DNA from: Laetmonice hystrix
Lineage: Eukaryota
NCBI GenBank assembly: GCA_965235115.1
Contig: OZ249447.1
Span: forward strand, 14,198,001 to 14,262,000
DNA: 64,000 nucleotides
Direction of reading: 5' to 3'
The position numbers and the translations under genes are program-made. The notes beneath the pieces were generated by a model that saw only the letters and a list, made by a program, of their open reading frames with translations, made no database searches and was not told where the DNA came from. Below, one piece after another: positions 13,782 through 27,300 of the stretch (position 1 is its first letter; every line of letters begins with the position of its first letter).

Positions 13782-15197
13782 ATTGGCTAGGTTTGTCCTA
13801 GTTAGACCAGTCAGTTCTCCGCTTCGCTGCACAGAGAGCTGCGCTAGGGGGTTGAGAAAGCTAGCCACTCTTGTATGCAGTGCTGACATCTAGAGTCAAC
13901 AATGAGCATGGCAACAGCCTTCCAACGGAAGTTGAATTCTACCAGAAAAAGATCGACAACACCAAAGAGCAGAAAGAAATAATTTTTACTTTTTATTATT
14001 CTGTCATTGGCTCAAGGTGCCGACAGAGTGCGCTTTCCACAAAGTAAACGGCACCATGCAGTGACCCTTTAATAATATTCTGGTGCTACTGTCTCTCTTC
14101 GCCTTTAATTAAACCTTAACCCACAAAACCTTCAGTAGGCCTAGTTATTAATCATAAGACTTTTTTTGGAGGGGGGGGGGGTATTTATTTTTTCAATATC
14201 AAAATGTGCTTAGTCAGCATACATGTAGGCCTATATCATATGGTAGCATCCCTGACCTAGAGCTTTACTGTAGATTTCATCGACCTTGATCAAAAGTTAC
14301 CAAGAATTATTGTATCATCAAGTTGATATAATCCATAATATCCACAATAATTGATGTCAGTTACACTCATTTACATAGCGCCAGCTCTTTGGTTCTCTTC
14401 GATATTCTGAATGTTTCAGTATACCCTTGTGTCCAAATATGACATGATTGGCATTCACACTGAGGTACAGGATAAAACCCAAGAAATGTTATCATTTATC
14501 TGTTTAAGAAAAAGTCACCCTCTAAAATTAAACTTACAAACAATAATTGTTCATTTTTTTGCCTTAACTTGGCTTAAGTGTAAGCTGGCAAGTGGGCAAG
14601 TGTAGAGGCAAAAAACAAAAAAAAACAAAAAAACTGTGCGCTTTATCATAATACACGGACTGACTTAAAACTGGATTTGAGATGACATATAAATAATTTT
14701 TATACCACATTCCATGTTCACACAATCGCTAGGCATTGCCCTTGTCACCTGCATGAAGCTGCCATACATCCATATACATTAAATTACATTCATTGCTGCA
14801 ATATTATATGCATGGAATTTTGTCTTACACAAAAATGGACTCCTATTACAAGTTCTAAATAAATTAGGACTATGATTTCAGCATTATAGCATGCAAACAT
14901 TTGACCTGTGATCATATGACGTTAGAATCCATGTTCCAATTGCCATGTTTCAGGATTCACATGGCCACAATATCCCCAAATTGGTGTCAAGAGCACCCTA
15001 CCATAATTATTAACCTTCATTCAGACATGTTTCAAATCAGGGTGAAAATCTTTCAATGATTTATACATAAACTAAAACAAATAAAAAGTCGTTCAAGCTA
15101 TTCTCACCATTTCCAGTTTAGCAATGGTACAACTTACATCTCTTTGTATAAAAATTGCATAGAATGAAAAATTAGATATTACTGAATCTAAGGCCCT

Positions 15198-16508
15198 TCA
15201 AATCACACCTAGATCCTTTAACATTGCTTTCTGCCTAGAGCTAACCATAACTTCAATGTTTTTAGGAAGATGCCAACATGACTCCATTGTTGGTGTGACA
15301 AAGAAAGCCTTGCGTTCATGCTCTCCTGGCTTGGTCAGATGTACTGTCCAGCCCATCGGCAGCTCCGCATCCTCAATGCGGAGTCCACACTCACATGTGT
15401 CTGTGTAACCTGCAGCCTCACTTTGAGCCAGTTGTGCAATCAATTCGGCGGAATGGTCAAAGTCTGTGTCCCGTACCTGAGCGTACCGTATAGAGATGTA
15501 GTGTGGAAGTGGTGGAGGTGGTCGCATCTCTGGCCTGCATGGCATGGTCCAGCTCGGGCTCCATCCTTTCTTCTCTAATGTCAATATGTCAAAGTCTTTA
15601 AAATGGAGAGGTTTTGTCAGACATACCTTTGAGATATTTTCACGGTTTGGAACTTCATATTCACTGTAATGTTTGATGAGGTCTGCAACTGTGTTAAATT
15701 TCTTATTTGTTAGAAAATATATCCCCTTGTGAGTTCCAATGTTGATGTGTTTTACACCGCCTCCTTGACTGCGAATACAAAAAAAGAGAAAAGCATCATA
15801 TAATATGAACTTTATTTTAGGTACAAAAATTAATTAAAAAATGATGACTAAGTTAAGGTAAGATGTACAGCATAAATGATAAGCTTATCTGGAGAAGGTA
15901 TATTGTGACTTTTATTCAGGGGACAGAACACTTGCTATAGTAGAGTGCTATGAATGCCATAATCTAGAGTCACATTCAGGAAGACTTCAAGCTCTACCCC
16001 AACTTCATATCACTTAAATACTTACATAACAGAGATTGTGAGAGAGCCCAGTCGTCTAACACTGTTACGTACAATAAAGCACCCATCTTGGTCAATATAT
16101 GGACTCAGAAAGCTAACTACCTGAAAATATACATAACATATTAATTATTTTCAAATTAATACTTATTAGACCACTTATTATTATTATTTTTAAACAAACC
16201 TGAAGTAATCCGATTGATTGTTGATGACTGGGGATCTGCAATAATTAATTTTGTATGACCATTTATTACCATTTACAATAAAAATGTTATAAAGAGTGCA
16301 TTACCAAATTATTCTATCTCAAGGGGGGGGGGGGTCCCCCTTAGGCTCTAATGGCTCACGCTATAGTCCATACTAATCTAGGTCTTTGCACTGCCCTAAT
16401 TCTTACTTCATCAATGGTTTTCAAGTTTGGGAAGTAGTAAGGCAGGCACTTGATGTCCTCAGATACTTGTCCCATGTCATCATCAGGTTGATGCTTCCTC
16501 TCCTCCAT
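15198..16508 (-). CDS. SH2 domain + proline-rich segment + C-terminal WW domain adaptor (3 coding exons, 255 aa)
   Basis: Minus-strand exons 16508-16407, 16120-16026 and 15768-15198 with GT-AG boundaries and matching phases. SH2 hallmarks: LPYYFPNL, DGCFIVRNS (FLVRES-type Arg), LTISV, VKHINI, KFNTVADLIKHYS, VCLTKPL. Then RPPPPLPHY and LPMGWTVHLT...AFFVTPTMESCWHLP (W...W..P). An in-frame TGA upstream in the same exon supports the ATG at 16508. Confidence 0.85.
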
Positions 16509-19089
16509 GACATGAGCTGCATCCACTGGGGTAGATCTATGGCAGCACCAATGACTATGTCAATATTGAGTGGAAAATCTTAGACCTGCAATTAGAGAAT
16601 TTAGCAGCATACTATAAGGGGCAGACCAGTTTATATGGAGGGGGGGGGGCTATTTTTTTTGGAAAAAATTAATCTGTTCACCAAACACAGGAAAACAATA
16701 TAAAAAAAAGTTTGTGTAAAAAAACTACATTTGTATATAGTATAGTCGGAATAGTCGAAACATAGCAAGAATCAGATTTGCAATACCTACTCTATAGCTG
16801 TACGTGCTTCAACTTCAAGTATCATTCATGCCATCATGGCACTGGTACAAATTAATAACCCTACATATATACTTTGGATCCGTTATTTCTTGGATTTGGC
16901 TTCCTCTGCATGTGTCCGGTTGCAATATCCAACATGCTGACATAATAATGTCTCTTATCAAAATAAATTCTTACTCTTAGAATTAGGTCTATCCAGTGAG
17001 TCGGCATGTCACTAAGAAAGCAGCCAGGACTGGCAGGAGAGAGTATAGCGACTGTATTATAGTATGTGTGTGATAGGTGTGAACTTACCGACTTCAGTGG
17101 TTCAGTAACAGCTGTGGTAAGTCAGTGATGTATGAGAGAAGAGATAGACACCTCTCGTCATTGACACGGTCCTCCTAAAATTTTGTGAATCATGCAGTTC
17201 ATCCAAACCGGCTGTGCAAAGTGTCGATTCACTGGTGAAAGTGTAAAGACTTCCTCGTCCCCAGTTCTGCTCCGTCCTCGGAGGCCACGGTTCATGCAAC
17301 TTGGCACACTTTCTCGCAGGACTGTTTGGGATACATGTACCGACATGCAGATTATCCCACCTTGTGTGTCAGTGGGGCTGATACCAAAAATATATATGTG
17401 TGGCCTCAGAATTAATTTCCCATATTACCGGTAAAAAGTGAAATGCTAAATAAATAAATAAATAAATAAATAGAGTCAATGTCATTCATATTGCCCACCA
17501 TCTCTCTGTCTCGATCTCTTTCTCTTCTCGTGCTCTCCTCGATGGGGGCACTATCATAATATAACCCGGGCCCAGATATCATGGCAGACATTATAATATG
17601 CTCATATATAATTAATGACTGCGCCAAGTTCAACCTGGTGTAGTTAAGTATATCAATCCATATAAATTTATGTTCCATTATTTTGACACTTTTTCTTGGC
17701 CTGATCAGATCTTTTTTTCTAATGGAACAGGTCTCGTCAGGGCTACATTGTTACATATGAGGCCATTTTCGTGGTAAAGTTTTAGGTATTGACTACAAGA
17801 TGATGTTCAAGATCATGTAGGCCTACTATACTTCAGTTCAGATAAGTATACATGTATGTAGTGAAAGGGCCCACGTGCGTGCCTTTTCACATGTTTACGC
17901 ATACATAGGCGTACCTATCAACCCTTGCATATAGGAGGCAACTTGCATGTCACCTCTTATATTCCTTCCCGGCTTAATGGGCTATCCCAAATGAGTGAGT
18001 GCACCTGCTGGTCACATGACCTCGTGTTTCCCCCAACAACAACCAAAACGAGGACTAAACAACTCCACACAGCGCCGTGTTTTCGGCAATGTCCAAGCAA
18101 ACGCGAGAATTTCACATTAACCAAGTAAAGGTAAGAGGTTGGAAAACTTACTTAAGGAACAGGATGGGAGTTTGATATGGAGGCACTAATTTATTTATCT
18201 GATTTTGAAATGTTCAAAATGATTGCTATGTGTGAGATGTATTGTTGACATTTTGACGGGTCGTTATGGATGATGAGGCGGGCCGGTACCCCGCTGCTAC
18301 CCCGGGTGGCCGGCCGAGAGTTGCCGGGGCCCGAGCGCGGAGTATCCCAGCCGATCGGCCGATCACAGACCCCCTCTCTCCAGTCGGCCCTTCCATACAG
18401 GTGTACGGACCGGGGGGGATAGATTTACGACCTCCGGAGACAAAATTAGTTTTCATCATTGGTTTCTGTGCCGAAGTGCCCGAAAGCACACATGCCCCCC
18501 CCCCGCCTCCTTTACCCCTGCAGGTGCCGAGTCGGGCTGAAGACAGGTGTTTTTAGACCCAGTCGTGACGAGAAAAACACGCTGTCACAAAATTAAGTTC
18601 AATCTTGAGCAAGTTAATAATAAGACAAAAAGGACGAAACAAAGACTCGCGATCTGATGACATCGATCCTGGATTTAAAATGTTACGTTGTAGATTTCAA
18701 CATGTTCTATCAAATATTATATACGATAAAATGGTGGTGGTGGTGGTGGGGGGGGGGGGGGGTGTCTTTTACTCTTGGAGCTATAAAACACCTGGTCGTT
18801 TGATGTCTTTTGACGTGTAATACTTCTGTATGACATAATAACCCTGACCGTGCAGTGCATACAAGATACGATATAAGCGGTGGGCCAGCCAGGTATATGT
18901 GTATATAAGGTCGACCGCTTTCACACTATTGTACCATAAACGGTATGCATGGGTAACACTTGACCCCTGCATGTGGGCCTATACTTACATCATCGTGTAA
19001 TCCAGAGAGCCACAAGTCTCTATAGCTCATTGAACCCCTCCAATATCTGCCATCAGTGGAGCTTCTATTTAAACTGGGAATGGTAAAAA

Positions 19090-19103
19090 GTTGCCATGGT
19101 AAC
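19090..19103. promoter_or_regulatory. RFX X-box motif
   Basis: GTTGCCATGGTAAC fits the RFX consensus GTNRCC(N0-3)RGYAAC. It lies about 2.3 kb upstream of the large gene's ATG, and a candidate 5'UTR donor (CAG|GTACGA) follows at 19251. Function is inferred. Confidence 0.6.
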
Positions 19104-21365
19104 GCCAGCATTGCCAGTATAATCAACCTATTTTAAAAAAAACGCGCTGTATGTCAACTGTAAACTGTATAGGTACCCCCCCCCCTCACCATCCCCCATG
19201 CATTTTACGAGTTTCACCCAGGAAAAGACGTCTATACCCCTGACGATACAGGTACGAGCGAATGTCACTTTCAACGTGGTTTCCTCTATAATGATATGAC
19301 ATAGACCCAGGACGCGGAAATCGAAGGGAGGGGGGGGGGGGGGCCCTACGCCACCTCCACATAATAATATACTCTCATAGCAGAAAAAGGAGTGTGGCGC
19401 AAACCGAACCTTTTGTACCGGCTATCTTTGAGCAGAGCGTGGAGAATTATTATAGCCAAACGTGAGATTGCATGGGTGGCTGTGGCTGGAATAGGGCAAT
19501 TGGTTTCAGCAACCCACATCTCCCAATTCCTGTGGGCTTTGCTAATCGATTATCCTTGTTATGTGTAGTGCTGCCATCTTATCCGAAATGTCAGGGTTTA
19601 GTGCATTTTGTTAGTTTTCACTGGCTCGCTCGGTTCTGAAATCAGGCTGAGTGTACCTGGGCACCAGGTGCAGGCTTAATGTTGTCTTTGGCGGGCCGTT
19701 CACACACGGAGGTGATCGAGAGCATGTAAATTAAATTAGATCTACCAATACCTGCAGCTGGTCTCTACGGACAAACTCAAACTTGATTAATCTTCTCTCA
19801 TTTAAATTACAACCTATATAGGTAATTAGACACTTGAAATATTATGTAGGCCTATGCATTTTAGATCTATTATTCATGACTTCCCTCAGGAATTCAGCCA
19901 GATTAAGAAAAATAGGCGGATATAGTTTTCCAAGTTCTGTAATCGAACTCAATGCTGAAGTTTAATTCAATGGGTATGATTTATTAATATAGATTGATAG
20001 AGTAGGGAGGGGTCCAGAGAGCGTTGGGGTCGAGCAGATGGTCCGTGTCATCATGAAGGTGTGGATGCCGCCACACAATGGGACCTTTGGCATAATTATG
20101 TCAATACATGTATGCGTCAAATGAAGATGGCACTGAAGGGTTGATTAAAAATTTATCAAATCGAGTCAGTCTGTTGCTGATCTGTTTCTGAAGAAAATTT
20201 TGTTGTTTTGGGTTGAAATGGAGGATTCTAAAAAAAATGTTGTACTTAATGTTGGGAAATATTGTATTACAGGGGTTATAGGCCCTATCATTATTGGGCC
20301 ACAACGTGATCTGCAGATCCGCACCATGGTTGGAATATAACTTTATATTGGTGATCTGTATAGAGGGGCCAGAATACTGCTGGGTGATTTTGAGAGAATC
20401 TGAGCATCATACCGCCTGGTCTATTTATATCAGACATATATGTTCTGTGTGATCGAAAATATCCGGTAAACAAGTCGTGAATCAGTGCGCTCAACATGCA
20501 GGAACATGCACGAACTCAAGACATTAGCGAGAACTCGGCACAGCTAGCAATCCAAGTATCCATATGACACTGGTGGGATTTACACTGTGCGTAACCGGCT
20601 ATTTTGGAGGGAAGCTCCATGCTGATATAGAAGTCTGGGATTTGAAGGTATTAATGTAGCAGAAGGTGGTGTGCAACAGGAAAATCTCTCCCCGGACCAT
20701 ATACCGGTTTAGTGTTCGGTTTAGGTTGGTTAGGGATGTGAAGTGGTAGACCCTGAAGAAGTAGGAAGAACGAATTTTAACGGTCTATATTGGTACACCC
20801 GTATTTAAATAGGAAATAGGACCATCTATCAAAAAGACTCAAGGAAGGGGAGTATATAGGATAACTATCACCCATACTCATATATGGTCCTGGCGAACTA
20901 TTATATGCTATTGACTCAAAATTGGATTACGTTTATACTGAAAATTACAGTCAAATACATATTATAATAGAGGGCTTTTTATATAGCACAACATGTATAT
21001 CAATAAAATCCATTCTGTTGTGTGCTTAGCTGGTCATAACAATAGTGTTTCCTTGGTGCAATTGATGTTTGTCGGTATGCACCGTAACATCCCACCAGCA
21101 TAGTGTTTCTTTTGTATAAAAACACCACTGGTAGTATTATGTAGGGCCTATATACCCACGTTTGATGACACGAGTTGCACTTTGAAGAATTGTAAGTAAT
21201 TTAAGATAAAGGTCGAGCTTATAGATTAGATATCTTTTTGCGATAAATCAGGGCAAAAAAAAACAACCTTCCCTCAGCTCCCAAATAAAATAGGTAAATT
21301 TGTTTTCCGTCATTTCCCTGTTGAACAGCCGTACCAGACTCGGACGATCCCAAGTGATTAACAGA

Positions 21366-24300
21366 ATGGGCGCTGGGGCGTCAGTGGATGAACAGGGAGG
21401 TGAGGCGGCTAGCGGCGCCGGTCGTCCGCCGACCGCTGTCACCAGCCGCCCGCCGAGTACGGCAGGGTCGGTGAGAGTCACACCAGTCGGCAGCAGAGCT
21501 CCCTCCCGCAGGGCTAGTGTCTCCAGTACGGCCACCTGGAGGTCTGCCTTCAGGAGTGGTAGCATCAACCAAGTGGGACTGAGAAAACTGCGTGCTGCCG
21601 CACTGGGTGAGTGGAGTTGAAAAAAGTTTGATCGAGGAATTCACCCACTTTTTATCATGCTTTGTTGTACATGTATACGCATTTCATAATTTAGTAAGGT
21701 GTATATCTTAGGAGAAATTGCTTCCAGCTATTTATTTGACTTTGAATTCCCTATTTGAAATGAAAGTTATGGATACTGGCCAAAGACTGATACCAGATAT
21801 TTTTTATAGGGCGGAAGAGTGCAGTGACTGTCACAATAGATAAGACTGGATTCTCACTACAGCACATCCGCATCTGTGAAGGTCAAGTAAGTACAGTCAC
21901 TTGAGTTATAGTTTAGATAACGATGGGAGAACGCCCCTCAAGACAATCGGAGATCAGCAGAATAAAGAGCATATAGACTAGATGCGGTCCCCAGTTGGAG
22001 AAAAAAGACTTTTTTCAGTCTGACTTTGTAAATGAACAAAACGACAAACACTATTTTGTATATGGTGGATCTAATGAGCATTGACTGAGGCATAACCTAA
22101 TACAAATGTATAATGTTTTGCACCAATCTATTATTTTCTATGACTTATACCAGAATATATCTGAAAGCAATTTCAGGAGATTTCTTTCCCAGTCATCCAC
22201 CAAGATTAAAATCTTATAATTTTACAAGAAGTGTCCATAGGTTAAAGGCAGTATTTGTTGTTGTTGCACAGGTTGTCTCTTTTACCTGGAACGACCAGGA
22301 AAGCCAGGGTTATAACGTGACGCAGGTGATACATGACGGTGAGCAGTACCGACCGGTCCCAGGCGGGTTCAATAGTGGGGCGGTGTGTCGGAGGGGTGGC
22401 TTCCAGCAACAGTTCAACCTCAAAGGGGAGTACAAGTTTGTCAGGTGAGTGGATTCTAGTACCTACTTACAACAACGCTGATTAGTATATACAAGAACAA
22501 GAATTAATACCATGACTTAAATCAGGGTATTTATGCTGAATTCCTCCATACGATGTATACATGATTGTGTATATATATATGCTGCAATCATCAAAGTTTG
22601 CCTCCTCTGTACTCCTCAGGCTGAAAGCAGCCATAGCTTTTGGTCTCTCCCCATAAAACCACAGAGATCAATAAGGGTCATCAATAATCTATCAATGGCA
22701 ATCAGGAATGTGTAAGGCAGGAAAGGGGAGCATGTACACGCAGCTTGTTGTTGGCAGGCCTACAGTCGGGTATACCTGACTGGGGTGTGCAAGAACTTGC
22801 CTGGCATGGTATGAGTACATACAGGCTTGGTTTAGTACATCGGTTGACACGGCTGGCACTGTAGGAATACATGGCTGGGCTTGTCTGACTAAATGACTAG
22901 CACTGTGGGAAGGGTAGGAGTACATGCAAGTAGGCCTATACTCGATGTATTATATTGTATATACTGTATCTGTGGAACACATGATATATATCTGTGGAAC
23001 ACACGATGGCACAGTTAAAGTGGAACAGACATCACAATTAACAGGAAATTTTGTACCAGATTGTAATTTGTCGTTGTTCTGTAAAGGAACGGTTGTTGTA
23101 CAACAACGTGAACTGTCTGTAATCCGTGATCAAAATGACCAATTCTCCCGGCCATCTGTCTGCCAGTCGCCTTCCTGCCAGAGCCCATCCGCCCGCCATG
23201 GATGCTATACGTCATCACGGGCAGCGCGCGATTCAAATTGTCCATATTTTTTTTTATCTTGGACACGTCTATACAACTAGAGATCTATCTAGATCAGTAA
23301 AGGTGCCTATGTGATGTCTGTCACACCCTGATAAGAGCTAGAGTAGGCCTATATCAAAGCGTAATTCGGTCTTAGCGACCGGCTCCAAATCTTGTACATT
23401 GTACAAGGGGTGGGTAGAGGGGCCCAGGGTGGAGTTAGGTATGTTTGGTTTGAACCCTTCTAGCAGAAATAAAATTACTTAGTGAGGGGAGGGGGGTGCA
23501 ACCACCGTACCCCCTCTTCTGGATCCGCACTGATATGGGACAACCTAAGGGCATGGCTAGCATTTTCCTCTATAGCCACTGTGGACTGGACCTATACCAA
23601 ATAAAGAAACCAAATAAATTTGACCAATGTAGAGTAAGACTTGTTTGCCCGTCTGCGTCCACAGTGCCGGGATACGGGTGACGCCTCTGACGGTCGAGGT
23701 GTTTGGACTGAAGGATGTAGAGGCTGAACTCAATGATGAAGGCTTTGCGCCTAAGATCATCCGTATAGATGAAGGTAGTGCCGTGATGTGGAAATGGACG
23801 GGCTGCAGTATCCCACACACCATCAACGAGGTCCGATACAATCACAAGCGAGGAGCCATGGTCCAGAAGGAAGTCGCAGAAAGGTACCTCAACAATCGGG
23901 GTTCCACAGGATTTATTGTGGATCTGCCTTCTTTAATGTGAACCTCACCAAAGCTATCCAGTTCAAACGTTCCTCAATTTCTGTTCCATGGCTTATTACA
24001 GTGCTTACGGTACACAAGGATAATGGTTACGGTACACTTGGATAATTTGGATGTGAAATCTTTTTTCTTCAGGCCAATTCCAACAAAGGCAGGAAGCTTC
24101 AGGAAAGATTTTCCGTGAGTATACACGAAACCTTGGAACCATTCTTACTTGAATATGACTCAATTGCTATCATAATCTTGTTTTGCACATTATTACATTA
24201 ACAATGTTCATATACATGTTACAATGAATGCCATGTGTGTCCTTCCAGGAAGCCGGGAATTTTCTATTTTCAAACAGAAGGAACTAGTACAGGGATAATG

Positions 24301-27300
24301 CACACGTGTATTGTACATGTCCGTGAACGACAGCGAGAATACAGAGTTGAAATCCTCGACCGATCATTTAATTCTCCTATTATGGTCATTGAGGAGGGAG
24401 ACCGCATCTGGTGGACCTGGAACAAAGAAAAGGTAGAGTTTTAATATCCGATGATAAATAAATCAAAGATTTTCAAAGGTCCTGAAATGATGTGATCTTT
24501 AATATAGATCATGGTAGTAGGTTCAAGAATTATACAGAGCCTAGAACTTAAATGAAGTGAGATATAATCTTCGTTCAGTATAACAACAAGTGCTAATAGA
24601 TGATAGGTAATATAATGGATAATGTTCCAATCTTTCCATTTTACAGTGTAAAAAGCTGCACTGTGTTTATCAAATTGAGCCCGCTCCGTTATCTCACCCT
24701 GTGGAGGAGTCTTACAAGGTAAGTCTGTTAGCAGTGACTTACCCCGGTAGGTGTTTGTCGGGACTTTTTAGGAAATATTACCAAGTAGTAGAAGTCAGCG
24801 AGTTGTTCGTACATGTTATATTTTGTCATTTTGTATTACAGCCTCTCAAAAACGGGTTCAAGTGGCCCCAGCCAAGGTAAAGTGTTGCTTGACCTTATTA
24901 AATCAAGTCTTTTAGTTTTCCCACAGCAGAATATCAAACAATAAGCTAATGGATCTATATGTACATATTATTTTGATACTTTCAGCAAGTGTGGTCTCAT
25001 GTCGTGGGAGTTTTACGAGCCAGGGGTTTTCTACTTCTCTGATCATAATTTTGACGAGGCAGCTGAATACATAGGAACGATCATCGTCAAGCCTAAACAA
25101 CGAGATCATTTCATAGAAATCTCTGCCGAGGGGTTCACTCCAGGTAAGGGAGCGGCTGCTGTATGTCGTGAAAAGGTGAAGTTTTGTTAGAATATAACAT
25201 TCCTCACACAGGGTTCTATCTGTGCCTTATAAAGATAAAAACTTGTGATTCTTTTCAGACATGTTAATAAGGGTTATATTCTTCCAGATATCGTGTATGC
25301 TGAAACCGGGGACCGTATTTGGTGGACGTGGGCATCAGACGACAGGACAACACCTCAATTCACACTCAGGGAAATCGACAAGTGTTTGAGTCCAATAGCC
25401 AGTCGGGTTACCATTGAGGAGGAAAACATAGGTAAATGCTCTCAAAACATTTAGGTCTTCTTAAAGGTAAACTAGCTAAAAATTCGACAGTCGGTGGTCT
25501 TTAAACACACTAATTTTGTATGGTAATTAGAGTCCTTAACTATAGATGCTGCCTTTAACTAATACTCATTTCGGGTATATTTCTTGCAAAATGTGCGGGT
25601 GAAATAAGATATTTTGCATTGAACTGAAAAGGGTGATCGTCGTTTACCCGGTTTGTTTTGGTTTTTGGTCATAAAACGCAGGAAAACGATGATATCTGTA
25701 TCTAATTTAAGATAGATATCTTCTCTGTGATATATTGACCAACAACTAGATGGTCATAATAAGAGTTGTAAATATTTTTCAAAACTTTCTGCACATTAAC
25801 ATATTTTACCTTCCTTCTCCTATAGCTATAGCTCCACCGCCCTAGGTAATTTAAATAATTCCTATATTCTGTCTTGTTCTATAAAAAGAAAAGAACCAGT
25901 TTATTCATATACATCATGTAACTGCCAGGGGAGGGCTCCTACATGGACGACGGCCTTGAGAGTATGAAGGTCCAAGTCGGGCTGGAGACGGTCCAGCTCG
26001 GCAGTATTGGAGTGTATACTTACTGTCTGGCTGACACCGACCAGCGGTCTATCGCTTCGTGCTCCATCGTCTCAGCGCCAGGATCTAGGGTAAGGAAATA
26101 CCGGTCCGCGCTCTACCGGCAAATTTACATCAAAACACAGAAAGCTAACACAATGTATTCATATCAATAAAGACATCTGGGAAGTCGTACAGCAATGATA
26201 TAGAACGGATAGGATTTCTTTCATTAGACAGACTCATGGTTTGTTATAGTTTTGTCCTGTTTAAAGACATACCTAACGGTTCAAGACATTGATAGTGAGA
26301 CCGAGTACTGTACAACATGTATGTTGAGACGTTATTGGCCAACGTTTTATTGTGTGTCCTTACAGAACCATACAGTTCACGTTACGGACACGGGCTTTGA
26401 GCCAAAGGTTGTTACAATCCACCCCCGGGACAGAGTGTGGTGGGTGTGGCAGGACGCCAAACGACAACACAACATCATTCAGGTAGTGTACCCTTCGCTT
26501 CTCCTGCTCATCAAAGATATTAACAACAAGGAAGACCAGTGAACTCTTATCGCATGAGATCATGGATTTTTTACCAGTGAAAGGAATGAAGATTTAAAAA
26601 AGTGATGATTTAATGCTGTTAATAGACGATAGACGAAAGACGATAGTAAAATTCTCGGACAAATAACGTTTGCAAAAGTTAGCTATTTATGTAATCCTTA
26701 CGTTATATTGGCTTTATTGATGATTCCGCTAGACTTAGTAGTCCACTCTGATTTGACCATCTGAAAATCGCGTCAACTTGCCGTCCCTCGTTATAATACA
26801 CGTGGAGTCTATAGTTCTGTTTGTGTCCACCAGGTGTCTCACCAAGGCAAGCACATCAGCGGCGGTTTCTGCAGTGGGTCGGTTTCAGACTGTCCGTCCG
26901 CCTTCACTAATCAGTTCGACCTTCCTGGGGTCTACTACTATATAAGTAACAACCTGGCCAAGTCATTCGGTGCTGTGGTTGTCTCCTCACAGCCTCAGGT
27001 AATCATTACACGAGCACAGGGTGGGTCTTGCATGCCTGGACGATGGCGGAACGCACAAATGTTGATTCAGAAAATGTTTCAAGAAAGTTTTACTTTGCTT
27101 TCCACTTGCTTTAGAGTTTTGTTTTTGGTTGACAGGTACATGAGGTTCAGCTGAACAGCGCAAGCATAACGCCCGATCCTGTCATCGTATCGACCAACGA
27201 TGTTGTGGTGTGGACTTTCAAAGGTCTGCGGAACTATGACGTACAGCAGATGTCAACAGTTGACAAGCTGCTCGATATACAGATGGGCTCTCCTGCACTC

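Noticed and set aside
18266-18556. GC-rich 96-aa ORF upstream of the large gene
   Set aside because: No motif or convincing splice sites; more likely a repeat or promoter-region sequence.
25826-25845. Possible microexon CTATAGCTCCACCGCCCTAG
   Set aside because: It is phase 2 to 1 and gives a stop if joined to the phase-1 exon ending at 25431; flanking exons already join in frame.
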